Shown here: piece by piece, positions 8,134 through 16,527 of the stretch
Position numbering within the stretch: the stretch's first letter is position 1
How the letters are laid out: each line of letters begins with the position of its first letter
Virus record (IMG/VR): IMGVR_UViG_3300046786_000701
Location: 1-42,946 of that record
DNA: 42,946 nt
Origin: a virus
Lineage: Duplodnaviria; Caudoviricetes
Reading direction: 5' to 3' (one strand)
Notes under the pieces: model-generated
The model's input: the letters and a program-made list of their open reading frames with translations, nothing else
The model's database searches: none
What the model was told of the DNA's origin: nothing
Position numbers and translations under genes: made by a program

Positions 8134-8780
8134 TGGAAATATGTTTGTTTTATGTGTTGATATTTAATAGGGTTATGTTTTACTGCTTCTAATAATCTAG
8201 ATGGAGAACGCATATCATATTCAGTTGCATTAGGGCTGATAATAATTTTAGCAATTTCATCCGGGTTTTTAGTTATTAGTTCTCTAGTATTACGATAGAG
8301 TAAACCACCAAATGGGCTAATCATAAAATTATCTGAGGTTAGATTAGCTAAATCACACCATATACTAACAATGGTTTTGCCTTTAACATCTGATGAATCA
8401 TATACATGATCATGTAAATGTGCTATTTTACTAGCATCATTTACCGTTGTCAAATCTACTTGTACAATATCATTACCAAGCGGTATCCCGACATGTACAT
8501 TAACTCCTGATCTAGTTGATTCTAACCCTTGATTAATGAAAAATTCTTGTAATAGTTTTCTGCTTTCTAATAGATTACCAGCTCGATGTGATGGTAGGAT
8601 TGATAGTAGTTCATCAGCATCGATGAAGAAGTCTACATCTCCGCTGATTTCTTTTTTTCCGGCACTACCAAATGGATATATTGTTAACCCTGTTGGTAAT
8701 ATTGATTGGATGTTAGTTAATAATTGTTGATAATCTTGTTTTTTTATTGGTTTAGCACTTTTAATTGCATTTCCACTCAT
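8130..8780 (-). CDS. Pol-beta superfamily nucleotidyltransferase
   Basis: FGSAGKKEISGDVDFFID (hGS...DxD) plus third acidic residue in VQVDL. Confidence 0.75.
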   Translation of the reverse strand: MSGNAIKSAKPIKKQDYQQLLTNIQSILPTGLTIYPFGSAGKKEISGDVDFFIDADELLSILPSHRAGNLLESRKLLQEFFINQGLESTRSGVNVHVGIPLGNDIVQVDLTTVNDASKIAHLHDHVYDSSDVKGKTIVSIWCDLANLTSDNFMISPFGGLLYRNTRELITKNPDEIAKIIISPNATEYDMRSPSRLLEAVKHNPIKYQHIKQTYFQ

Positions 8781-9151
8781 TTATACCGACCATCATTAAT
8801 ATGTTGACAGATCTCTTCTTGTAATTTATCACATGTTTCTTTGATTATTTTCTCATCTAACTCATGTGGTAATTCTCGAATTGAATATTCTTTCGTGTAC
8901 ATTTTATAACATTCACGAATTGCTTTTTCAAACATTGAAGATTTAGGTCGTTTTTTTGACTCGATGATATCAATACATTTTGCTATAATTGGATACAGAT
9001 GACGGCGGTATGCTTCATCATCGTTATTCATATAAAACATAAGGTCTTCAGTTAAATCATAATTCAACTCACGTTTACCATCATCACCGACTTCTTTAAC
9101 AAAGTCTAAATCTTTAAAGTTTTTTCCTTCTAATAATTCTATAATACGCAT
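8777..9151 (-). CDS. Hypothetical protein with leader MRIIELLE
   Basis: 124-aa first gene after the 9175 late box; ATGA-coupled to the NTase. Confidence 0.7.
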   Translation of the reverse strand: MRIIELLEGKNFKDLDFVKEVGDDGKRELNYDLTEDLMFYMNNDDEAYRRHLYPIIAKCIDIIESKKRPKSSMFEKAIRECYKMYTKEYSIRELPHELDEKIIKETCDKLQEEICQHINDGRYK

Positions 9152-9156
9152 ATTTA

Positions 9157-9195
9157 AGCCCAGTTAATAATAAGTATTTATCGATTAACTGGGCT
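9157..9195 (-). promoter_or_regulatory. 12-bp inverted repeat enclosing a late promoter box
   Basis: AGCCCAGTTAAT (9157-9168) and ATTAACTGGGCT (9184-9195); ATAAATA (9181-9175) lies in the loop. Confidence 0.75.
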
Positions 9196-9202
9196 ATCAT
9201 GA

Positions 9203-11476
9203 TTAATCGATGACTACTGGGTCATCGATTGCCACTGATTCTGGGTTTTTAACTACCTTTGGTTTAGAAGTCAAGACAATTTTATCATCTACAATTGCAA
9301 TAGTCAATGTACCACCGTGTTTTAAATCACCGAATAGCATCAATTTAGCTAAATCACGTTTAATTTCTTTATCAATTACACGTTGTAATGGTCTAGCACC
9401 CATTTTAGGATCAAACCCTTTTTCAATCAACCAATTAACGGCATCTTTAGTGATTTTAATACGGATTGATTTATCTTTAACCTGTGTACGTAATTCATCA
9501 ATAAATTTATTAACAACCAGTGTCATTGCATCTTTACCAAGCTTATTAAATGTAATAATACCATCTAATCGATTACGGAATTCTGGTGATAAGAATTTTT
9601 TCAAATCGGCATCAGAATAATCTTTTTCTTGCTTACCAAACCCTATTGCATTTTTTTCTGCAGATTGAGCACCAGCATTGGTTGTTAAGATTAATACGAC
9701 ATTTCTACAATCTGCCCGTTTACCATTCGAACCGGTGATGAATCCATTGTCCATTACTTGTAATAAGACAGTTGCGACATCTGGATGTGCTTTTTCAATT
9801 TCATCCAATAACAGTACAGCATTTGGATTTTCTTGAATTTGTGTAATCAATAAGCCTGCATTTTCTTCAAATCCAACATAACCTGGAGGTGAACCGATCA
9901 GTTTACTGATGCTATGTTTTTCTTGATATTCTGACATATCAAATCTTAATAACTTAGAACCAAGGTGTTTAGCCAATGCTTTAGCGGTTTCAGTTTTACC
10001 ACAACCAGTTGGGCCCATGAATACAAATGAACCAATAGGTTTATTTTCTGGTTTTAATCCAGCTTGTGCCACCATTATTTTATCAACAACTTCGGTTAAT
10101 GCTGCATCTTGTCCATAAACTTCTGCTTCTAATTTTTCTTGTAATGATGCAATATTATTGCTTTCAGTTTCCATGATCTGTTCTTCTGGAAGATTGATCA
10201 TTTTAGCAAGTTCGAATTGAATTTCACGTTCCGCAACAATACGTTCATCAGCTAGGTTCAAGTTAAAACGAGAACATGCTACGTCAATAAGATCAATCGC
10301 TTTATCTGGAAGTTTTTTATCAGCTTGATATTTTACTGATAATTTGACTGCTGCTTGCAATGCATCTTCTTTGATTTTAACATCATGATGTTTTTCGTAG
10401 TATTTTTTCAAACCTTTCAAGATTTTCAATGTCATTTCTTGAGTTGGTTCATCTACGGTAATACGTTGAAATCTACGCATTAAGGCACGATCTTTTTCGA
10501 AGTGTTTACGGTATTCATCCCAAGTAGTAGATGCAATAACTTTGATATTACCTTTACTTAATGCAGGTTTCATCATATTGGCTAAGTCATTAGCTGAATT
10601 ATTACCTGCGCCAGCCCCACTGATCATATGAGCTTCATCGATGAAAAGGACAGTCTTTCCTTTCTTTTCAAGACCTTTTAAAACTTGTTTAAAACGTTCT
10701 TCAAAATCACCACGATATTTAGAACCCGCCAACATTGCAGAAATATCAAGATTATATACAGTATAATCTTTTAAGAAGTCTGGTACTCCACCTTTAGTGA
10801 TGTTGTATGCCAACCCTTCTGCAATTGCTGTTTTACCAACCCCTGGATCACCAACTAAGATTACATTATTTTTAGAACGACGACCTAATGCTAATGCAAT
10901 GTTTTCAAGTTCATCAACTCGACCGATAACTGGATCGATTTTACCATTCGTAACTTCTTCATTCAAGTTGGTTGTATAGGCTTGTAATGCTTTTGTTGAA
11001 CGCGGGTCACTATCTGAAGGTGGTGTGTTTTCTTCATCAGAATCGCTGTTCATATTCAAATAATCAGCAAATTTATCTTTTTCAATACCAGCTTGTGAAA
11101 TGTAATAAAATGCCCAACTGCGTTTTTCATTTAACATCATTAAAAAAGCATCTGTAATTTCAACTTTCTGCCGGTTGTTGAAAATAACTTGCGTGAATGA
11201 TTTATTTAATAACCGTTCAAATGCTGCGGTTTTCTTTGGTTGTGACACCATATCAGATACAGTAATATCTTTACATTTATTATTCAAATGATCTAATACT
11301 GCACCTTTAAGTTTAGATGCATTAGAGCCATATGCATTAATAGTATCACTAAATGCAGTGTTAGTTAGCATTGCATATAATACATGCTCTATAGTTATAT
11401 ATTCATGATGAAGTTTTTTTGCGGCATCGGATGCTTTAGAAAGTACTTCTTCAAAATCAGAGCTTGGTTCTACCAT
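9203..11476 (-). CDS. clpA: ATP-dependent Clp protease ATP-binding subunit ClpA
   Basis: Clp N domain (HHEYITIEH), two AAA+ modules (GDPGVGKT/FIDEAH; GPTGCGKT/LLDEIEKAH), GSPPGYVG, IGF ClpP-docking loop, GARPL; no ClpB middle domain; 757 aa. Confidence 0.93.
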   Translation of the reverse strand: MVEPSSDFEEVLSKASDAAKKLHHEYITIEHVLYAMLTNTAFSDTINAYGSNASKLKGAVLDHLNNKCKDITVSDMVSQPKKTAAFERLLNKSFTQVIFNNRQKVEITDAFLMMLNEKRSWAFYYISQAGIEKDKFADYLNMNSDSDEENTPPSDSDPRSTKALQAYTTNLNEEVTNGKIDPVIGRVDELENIALALGRRSKNNVILVGDPGVGKTAIAEGLAYNITKGGVPDFLKDYTVYNLDISAMLAGSKYRGDFEERFKQVLKGLEKKGKTVLFIDEAHMISGAGAGNNSANDLANMMKPALSKGNIKVIASTTWDEYRKHFEKDRALMRRFQRITVDEPTQEMTLKILKGLKKYYEKHHDVKIKEDALQAAVKLSVKYQADKKLPDKAIDLIDVACSRFNLNLADERIVAEREIQFELAKMINLPEEQIMETESNNIASLQEKLEAEVYGQDAALTEVVDKIMVAQAGLKPENKPIGSFVFMGPTGCGKTETAKALAKHLGSKLLRFDMSEYQEKHSISKLIGSPPGYVGFEENAGLLITQIQENPNAVLLLDEIEKAHPDVATVLLQVMDNGFITGSNGKRADCRNVVLILTTNAGAQSAEKNAIGFGKQEKDYSDADLKKFLSPEFRNRLDGIITFNKLGKDAMTLVVNKFIDELRTQVKDKSIRIKITKDAVNWLIEKGFDPKMGARPLQRVIDKEIKRDLAKLMLFGDLKHGGTLTIAIVDDKIVLTSKPKVVKNPESVAIDDPVVID

Positions 11477-11485
11477 TTTATTTTC

Positions 11486-12331
11486 CTATTGTTGTTGATT
11501 ATTAATATCTTTCAATATTTCTTTCAGTTTATTAGTTAACACTGGATTCGATATAGCCGGTGTTTTAATTTTAATTACAGATATGAATCTACCACGTTGA
11601 CCAGTCCGTATATTTTTAAATCCACCATGTTGTTTAGCGTATTCAACTCCAGTTTCTACCCCTGCTCTTATATCTAAGAACATTGTTTCACCTGTTATTG
11701 ACTTTACTTCCTTTCTACATCCAATCATTGCTTCAATTGGGTTGATTTCAACTGTAGTATATAGGTCATTTCCAATTCTGTCAAATTTATCGTCTTTATC
11801 AACGAAAATGGTAACATGTAAATCACCGCGTTGAATATGCGGGAAGGAATCGTCACCTAACCCTCTATACTTAATAGTATCACCATGTTCAACCCCTGCA
11901 GGAACATCAATTACTACAGTTTGTGGTTTACCACTTGGTAATGTATATTTGGCTTCTAATTGCTTGCCAGTATATGAATCGGTAAATGAGACTTTACAAT
12001 TTAAGTTTAAATCACGATTTCGATTCATATGTCTTCTACCAAAGATATCACCGAATGGATTATTGCCACCAAAATGATGTCCAAAAATGTCATTAAAATC
12101 GAAGTCATGTTGATAATGTTGTGACCGTCCTCCAAATGCAAGCATTTGGTCATATTCTTCACGTTTTTGAGCATCACCAATTGTATCGTATGCAACGGAA
12201 ATCTCTTTGAATTTTGATTCGTTTCCGCCTTTATCAGGGTGGTGTTTATTGGCTAGTTTTTTATAAGCTTTTTTAATTTCTTCTTGAGTGGCATTTTTAT
12301 CAACGCCTAATGTTGTATAGTGGTCAGTCAT
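11486..12331 (-). CDS. DnaJ-class co-chaperone lacking the zinc finger (CbpA-like)
   Basis: J domain with HPD (KHHPDKGG), G/F-rich linker and DnaJ C-terminal domain; no CxxCxGxG repeats. Confidence 0.9.
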   Translation of the reverse strand: MTDHYTTLGVDKNATQEEIKKAYKKLANKHHPDKGGNESKFKEISVAYDTIGDAQKREEYDQMLAFGGRSQHYQHDFDFNDIFGHHFGGNNPFGDIFGRRHMNRNRDLNLNCKVSFTDSYTGKQLEAKYTLPSGKPQTVVIDVPAGVEHGDTIKYRGLGDDSFPHIQRGDLHVTIFVDKDDKFDRIGNDLYTTVEINPIEAMIGCRKEVKSITGETMFLDIRAGVETGVEYAKQHGGFKNIRTGQRGRFISVIKIKTPAISNPVLTNKLKEILKDINNQQQ

Positions 12332-12338
12332 AATAAAA

Positions 12339-12390
12339 ACAGGTTATGTAAAAAAATAATATTTATTATATCATTTAAAACATAACCTGT
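12339..12390. repeat. 11-bp inverted repeat bracketing the dnaJ promoter
   Basis: ACAGGTTATGT (12339-12349) and ACATAACCTGT (12380-12390), 30-bp spacer, followed by TTTT on the minus strand. Confidence 0.75.
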
Positions 12391-12393
12391 CAA
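12365..12393 (-). promoter_or_regulatory. Consensus sigma70 promoter with extended -10 for dnaJ-clpA
   Basis: TTGACA (12393-12388), 17 bp, TGaTATAAT (TATAAT 12370-12365). Confidence 0.88.
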
Positions 12394-12403
12394 TCTTTAT
12401 TAC

Positions 12404-12592
12404 TTATTTTTTTGCGTCTGGGATTTTTGTCCCTTCATATTTTCTGTGTTTTTTCTTAGCCGGTTTTTCATCAGCTTTCTTTTCTTCTACTTTCTTTTCT
12501 TCTACTTTCTTTTCAACTACTGGTACGCAAGCATGTTCAGCAAATACTGGTGATGCAATTGAAAGAGCGATTAATAGTGCTAATACTTTCAT
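12404..12592 (-). CDS. Small secreted Lys/Glu-rich protein
   Basis: Sec signal MKVLALLIALSIASPVFA; VEEKK repeats; SD AAGGAG. Confidence 0.7.
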   Translation of the reverse strand: MKVLALLIALSIASPVFAEHACVPVVEKKVEEKKVEEKKADEKPAKKKHRKYEGTKIPDAKK

Positions 12593-12601
12593 ATTTTCTC
12601 C

Positions 12602-13096
12602 TTATAAAATTGGATCTTCTGGTTGTGGAACTAACTTACCAAATTTACTTTCCCCTACTGGTTGAGGAGCAAATCCTTGAACTGGTGGAGGAGGGAAACC
12701 CGGTGTTGCTCCAAATGCAGGTTGAACTGGCATAGGTACTGGTGCTACTTGTACTTGTGCAGGTTGTTGAGGAATAAAATTGCTCAAACTCGGTAATGAC
12801 GGTGCTTCCACGCCATTAATTTTTTCTTGAGTTCTACCATGTGCTGTAATACCTAATACAACACCCATTGCAATATGATACAATCCACCGCCTTGCAAAG
12901 TCAATGGTTGCCACATATCTAAATGTTGCCCTGGATTATAGTATTGTAACACATTATAAAGTATTGGTCCAGCAATGAAATCAAACAAACATGTTAACAT
13001 GTAAGTCATAGCCATCATTGGCCTCCAATTTTTTGACATAAAGTCTTCACCAGATTTTTCTGCTGCAGTCATATCGTTATAGCTTTCTCTTGACAT
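12602..13096 (-). CDS. Putative holin
   Basis: WRP motif followed by hydrophobic helices and GRTQEK; lies in the lysis cassette; SD AAGGAG before ATG 13096; Pro-rich tail. Confidence 0.6.
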   Translation of the reverse strand: MSRESYNDMTAAEKSGEDFMSKNWRPMMAMTYMLTCLFDFIAGPILYNVLQYYNPGQHLDMWQPLTLQGGGLYHIAMGVVLGITAHGRTQEKINGVEAPSLPSLSNFIPQQPAQVQVAPVPMPVQPAFGATPGFPPPPVQGFAPQPVGESKFGKLVPQPEDPIL

Positions 13097-13105
13097 TATC
13101 ACTCC

Positions 13106-13369
13106 TTAAATTTTGTCATATAATTTAGTTTGTGTTTTATACCAATATTGCCATGCTTGTAACTTTTCACGAATCTCATAATAAGTCCCATAATTTTCAT
13201 TGATATTTTCCAACAAATCACTTAGTTGGTGTTTATCAGCAGCTAATGGTTTCAATGCTGGGGCCGGTATTAATAACACATCTGGTGCTTCTGGGAATTT
13301 AACAGTAACTGGTACTGCTGTAGAACATCCAGATAGCCCTAGTAACAGTATAATCACAACCTTATTCAT
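13106..13369 (-). CDS. o-spanin (Rz1-like lipoprotein)
   Basis: MNKVVIILLLGLSGC lipobox, Pro-rich segment, overlaps the end of the i-spanin. Confidence 0.8.
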   Translation of the reverse strand: MNKVVIILLLGLSGCSTAVPVTVKFPEAPDVLLIPAPALKPLAADKHQLSDLLENINENYGTYYEIREKLQAWQYWYKTQTKLYDKI

Positions 13370-13808
13370 TAGATCCACCGGTTGCAGCGGTATTATAAAC
13401 ATCAATTGCAATATCAGGGATTTTACATTCAGCATTTATAATTTCCTTTTCTTTTTGAATTTTTATTTGATTAACTATTACCTTTTCTTTTACCACTTTA
13501 ATTTTTTCAACTACCTTTTCTTGAATGATGACATTTGCTTCGTGCGATTGAGCTTCTGCTATTGCAAGTTTAGCTTCAACTTCTTTAACCCTAGCTCTCC
13601 ACACCATTTCAGTTGAGTAACTACCTTCAAAGTAAATTCCTGAAATCAAAAGTATGGTTGACAAAACTTTGAGTGGTATACGATATTGAACAATCCCTGG
13701 AATATATCGTAAAAAGCATCCTAACACTGTTCCAACAAGACCTGCAATTAGAATCATGTGAACTACCATTGCAAGGAATATGTCTGGTAACAAATGTAGG
13801 ATAATCAT
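13362..13808 (-). CDS. i-spanin (Rz-like)
   Basis: N-terminal TM helices, coiled coil and C-terminal Cys (ECKIP); immediately upstream of the lipoprotein. Confidence 0.75.
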   Translation of the reverse strand: MIILHLLPDIFLAMVVHMILIAGLVGTVLGCFLRYIPGIVQYRIPLKVLSTILLISGIYFEGSYSTEMVWRARVKEVEAKLAIAEAQSHEANVIIQEKVVEKIKVVKEKVIVNQIKIQKEKEIINAECKIPDIAIDVYNTAATGGSNE

Positions 13809-14437
13809 ATTATACGCTCTTTTATCTTTTTGCAATTATCACCGTGCCATCTAGAAAAATTCCGATAGTCCACATGTTTGTTACAATGATGACATTGTAT
13901 TTTAGGTTTACTAAAAAATATATCGTTTAATTTCTGCAAATGTTCCGGTGATTTCTTAATTCCTGATAATGCCGTACTAATTTTCAACCCAACTACTGGG
14001 TTTTTGGCTGGGTTATTCTCTCCAGTCATCCACTCACGCTTACCTAATTTCTTGCCTTTATTTATATTAACTTTTCCTTTGTTAGGACTTCCATTGATCC
14101 TACTCCAGTTTTTTTCACCTGACTGGGTTTCGATAAATGCAATCTTAGCTTTCTCAAATTGTGCCGACGTAAACTTTCTTTCTTGTTTATTATTACTGCT
14201 TTTAGCCATCTTGTGAAAAGCAAGGGCACTTTGGCGGTCCCTATAATGTTTCCATAGTAAAAAATGAGCAATAAAATGTTCTTTTGCTGTTAGTAAAATG
14301 CGATTATCTTTATTATCTGAACCACCTAACCATTTGGGTATAATGTGATGGCTTTCATAATAAATTCCTTCACCCTTTTTACGTAAAAGATTTTTACGGG
14401 TTGTAATTAACTTATTATATTGTTCTTGGTAATTCAT
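13805..14437 (-). CDS. HNH homing endonuclease
   Basis: ESHHIIPKWLGGSD..N..LLTAKEHFIAH; NUMOD-like basic repeats; C-terminal CHHC...WHGDNC Zn motif. Confidence 0.88.
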   Translation of the reverse strand: MNYQEQYNKLITTRKNLLRKKGEGIYYESHHIIPKWLGGSDNKDNRILLTAKEHFIAHFLLWKHYRDRQSALAFHKMAKSSNNKQERKFTSAQFEKAKIAFIETQSGEKNWSRINGSPNKGKVNINKGKKLGKREWMTGENNPAKNPVVGLKISTALSGIKKSPEHLQKLNDIFFSKPKIQCHHCNKHVDYRNFSRWHGDNCKKIKERII

Positions 14438-15063
14438 TATGAGCTCAGTACTTTCATTGCGTGATTATAGTGTTCTTTTCTTTCAGAAAGGCCAATGGTC
14501 CCACCATTAATACGTTTTGTTAATGTTAATATATCGCCTTGATCTGCCCATCTGTTAAGATTGTTTTCTTCCCAATACCAACATGCTGATTGAATAGCTC
14601 CTTCAAATGTAGATAGATATTCTGGTATTTCTTCTACCGGAGTTTCGATTGATTCTGCAAATTTTATATAATTAGATTTACCAGTCAATTGAATCAGACC
14701 ACGACCACAATATCTAAAACCATCTCCACTGGCTTCAGGGCCATTACCCATTCTACCACCATAAACACGATTAGCAATTGCTGCTTGGTTATGAGCATAT
14801 TTTGTTGCCAATGCATCAGTTGGGAAGTATTTTGGAAAAACTTTTCTTAACGATGTTGCACGATAATTTAAATTTTCTTTTAAAAATCTATAATTACCAC
14901 TTTCATGTGCGGTTTGCGCCAAGAATGCAGCTACTCTTGGAATGGTATCAATATCATAATCTGGTAAAATCATTTCTAATGCATTAAACCAATAATCAAT
15001 ATATGGATTTCCAGGAATTATTTTCGCTAAGTGTTCTTTTTTAAAATCAAATTTAAATGACAT
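14437..15063 (-). CDS. Endolysin, glycoside hydrolase family 19
   Basis: AAFLAQTAHESG, ENLNY, YCGRGLIQLTGKSNY, SACWYW, TKRINGG. Confidence 0.92.
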   Translation of the reverse strand: MSFKFDFKKEHLAKIIPGNPYIDYWFNALEMILPDYDIDTIPRVAAFLAQTAHESGNYRFLKENLNYRATSLRKVFPKYFPTDALATKYAHNQAAIANRVYGGRMGNGPEASGDGFRYCGRGLIQLTGKSNYIKFAESIETPVEEIPEYLSTFEGAIQSACWYWEENNLNRWADQGDILTLTKRINGGTIGLSERKEHYNHAMKVLSS

Positions 15064-15797
15064 TATTTCTTCTCCAACGCTACAGCCCATTCGCTGTTTT
15101 CAAATATAAATGTATTCCCTACTTTAGTAATATTATAATTACCGATGTATTTGGTGAAGAACATAACTTCAGCGATATCTTTACTTTCTAAAAGAATTGG
15201 ACCAGGAATAGCATTGTACACAGATTGCTTATTTCCACTTTTAATTACATTAAATGAAATAGGATCACTCCATATTTTTTTAAAAGTGATAGTTTCATTT
15301 ACTACCGCTATTTCATCCGACGAACTATTTGAGAAGAAATTATCATAATTATCTAAACTATTTTTTTTTGTCGCCAACTCATATGCTTCTTTATTCGCTG
15401 GGATTATTTTTCTTAAATTTTCTAATGTAGTATCATGACTTTCAAAATTTTTAAAATATCTAAATCTCATGTCTGATATACCAGTAAGTCGTTCAATGCC
15501 ATTTAATAGTTCAAGAATTTGTTCTGCTATATGTCTACTTCGTTCTAGTTCAACGAATACTTTATATGTTCCATCATCGGTTTCACCTGGACTGACATCG
15601 GCATCCAAAACGAAATCGTACCCCATCTCAACAAAATTTTCTAAATCCTTGGCTGGATCTTCACTATCTACTGTGAAACTTAATACAACAACATCAAAAT
15701 CATCACCAATTTTACTTTTATATGAATCAACATCGAACACTTTTTTTACTAAATTTTGAAGATCATTTGGTCTTAAACTTTCTGTAATATATGACAT
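15063..15797 (-). CDS. Hypothetical protein
   Basis: ATG 15797 (MSYITES); TAATG-coupled to the endolysin. Confidence 0.7.
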   Translation of the reverse strand: MSYITESLRPNDLQNLVKKVFDVDSYKSKIGDDFDVVVLSFTVDSEDPAKDLENFVEMGYDFVLDADVSPGETDDGTYKVFVELERSRHIAEQILELLNGIERLTGISDMRFRYFKNFESHDTTLENLRKIIPANKEAYELATKKNSLDNYDNFFSNSSSDEIAVVNETITFKKIWSDPISFNVIKSGNKQSVYNAIPGPILLESKDIAEVMFFTKYIGNYNITKVGNTFIFENSEWAVALEKK

Positions 15798-15798
15798 A

Positions 15799-16371
15799 TT
15801 ATATCCCCGGTGCTTGTGGTGCAGCATTAGGCATTGGTGATGCACCGCCCGCGCCAGCTACTGGTGCCGGTGCTACTGGTGCAGGTGCAGGTGCTGGCCC
15901 AGCGGCTTCTGCTGGTTTAGATGAACCATAATTATTTTCATTTTTCATTTTGTCCATATAACCTTTATACATATCGAATGCTACTTTTTTAGGCATTTGT
16001 ATTTCAACTATCCAAATAGGTTTCCTATCGAGTTTACCTTTTTTTGTTCCAGGTCTGATGTCTTCTGGTGTTTTAATTTCCCTAGGTTCAATTAAATGAG
16101 ATTTTTGATATTTCACTTTACAACCTAAATCAGTCAACCGTTTACCACCAGTTGGGTCCGGCATATTTTTGTGAGGCCACATAAAGCCAGCAGTAATCCA
16201 ATGTCTATCAATTTTTGGTCCATATGCTAATTCCCCATCAATCCAATTGTCATAAACATATAAATCTAACTCATCTAATACTCGTTCAAAATCTTTAAGA
16301 GCTGCCAAGCTCGAATTGTTTTCATATAAAAATTGAACATTTTTTATAATATCTAATACATCATGATGCAT
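15799..16371 (-). CDS. Hypothetical protein with Pro/Ala-rich tail
   Basis: 190-aa ORF, SD AGGA, preceded by CTAAATA box at 16402-16396. Confidence 0.72.
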   Translation of the reverse strand: MHHDVLDIIKNVQFLYENNSSLAALKDFERVLDELDLYVYDNWIDGELAYGPKIDRHWITAGFMWPHKNMPDPTGGKRLTDLGCKVKYQKSHLIEPREIKTPEDIRPGTKKGKLDRKPIWIVEIQMPKKVAFDMYKGYMDKMKNENNYGSSKPAEAAGPAPAPAPVAPAPVAGAGGASPMPNAAPQAPGI

Positions 16372-16395
16372 ATTTAAATCCTATTTTTCTATCTT

Positions 16396-16453
16396 TATTT
16401 AGCCTTAATAAAACGATAGTTAGGTGTTTAGTTTTATTAAAAAAGGTAAATAC
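16396..16453. promoter_or_regulatory. Divergent pair of late promoter boxes
   Basis: CTAAATA on minus (16402-16396) and GTAAATAC on plus (16446-16453). Confidence 0.55.
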
Positions 16454-16527
16454 TTATGTAGGACCTATGTAGTTATCATGGCGGTCACTACACGTCCTAT
16501 TTCTCAATACAAGTAGGAGATTACTGA

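Noticed and set aside
9203-11476. ClpB or host chromosomal contamination
   Set aside because: No coiled-coil middle domain and an IGF loop is present, so ClpA; it is flanked by phage lysis and late genes with similar composition.
12339-12390. CIRCE/HrcA operator upstream of dnaJ
   Set aside because: Arm sequence and 30-bp spacing do not match TTAGCACTC-N9-GAGTGCTAA.
12470-12520. Short tandem repeat as a possible CRISPR or regulatory array
   Set aside because: 15-nt coding repeat (VEEKK) without spacers. No CRISPR array, tRNA or rRNA was recognised anywhere in the window.
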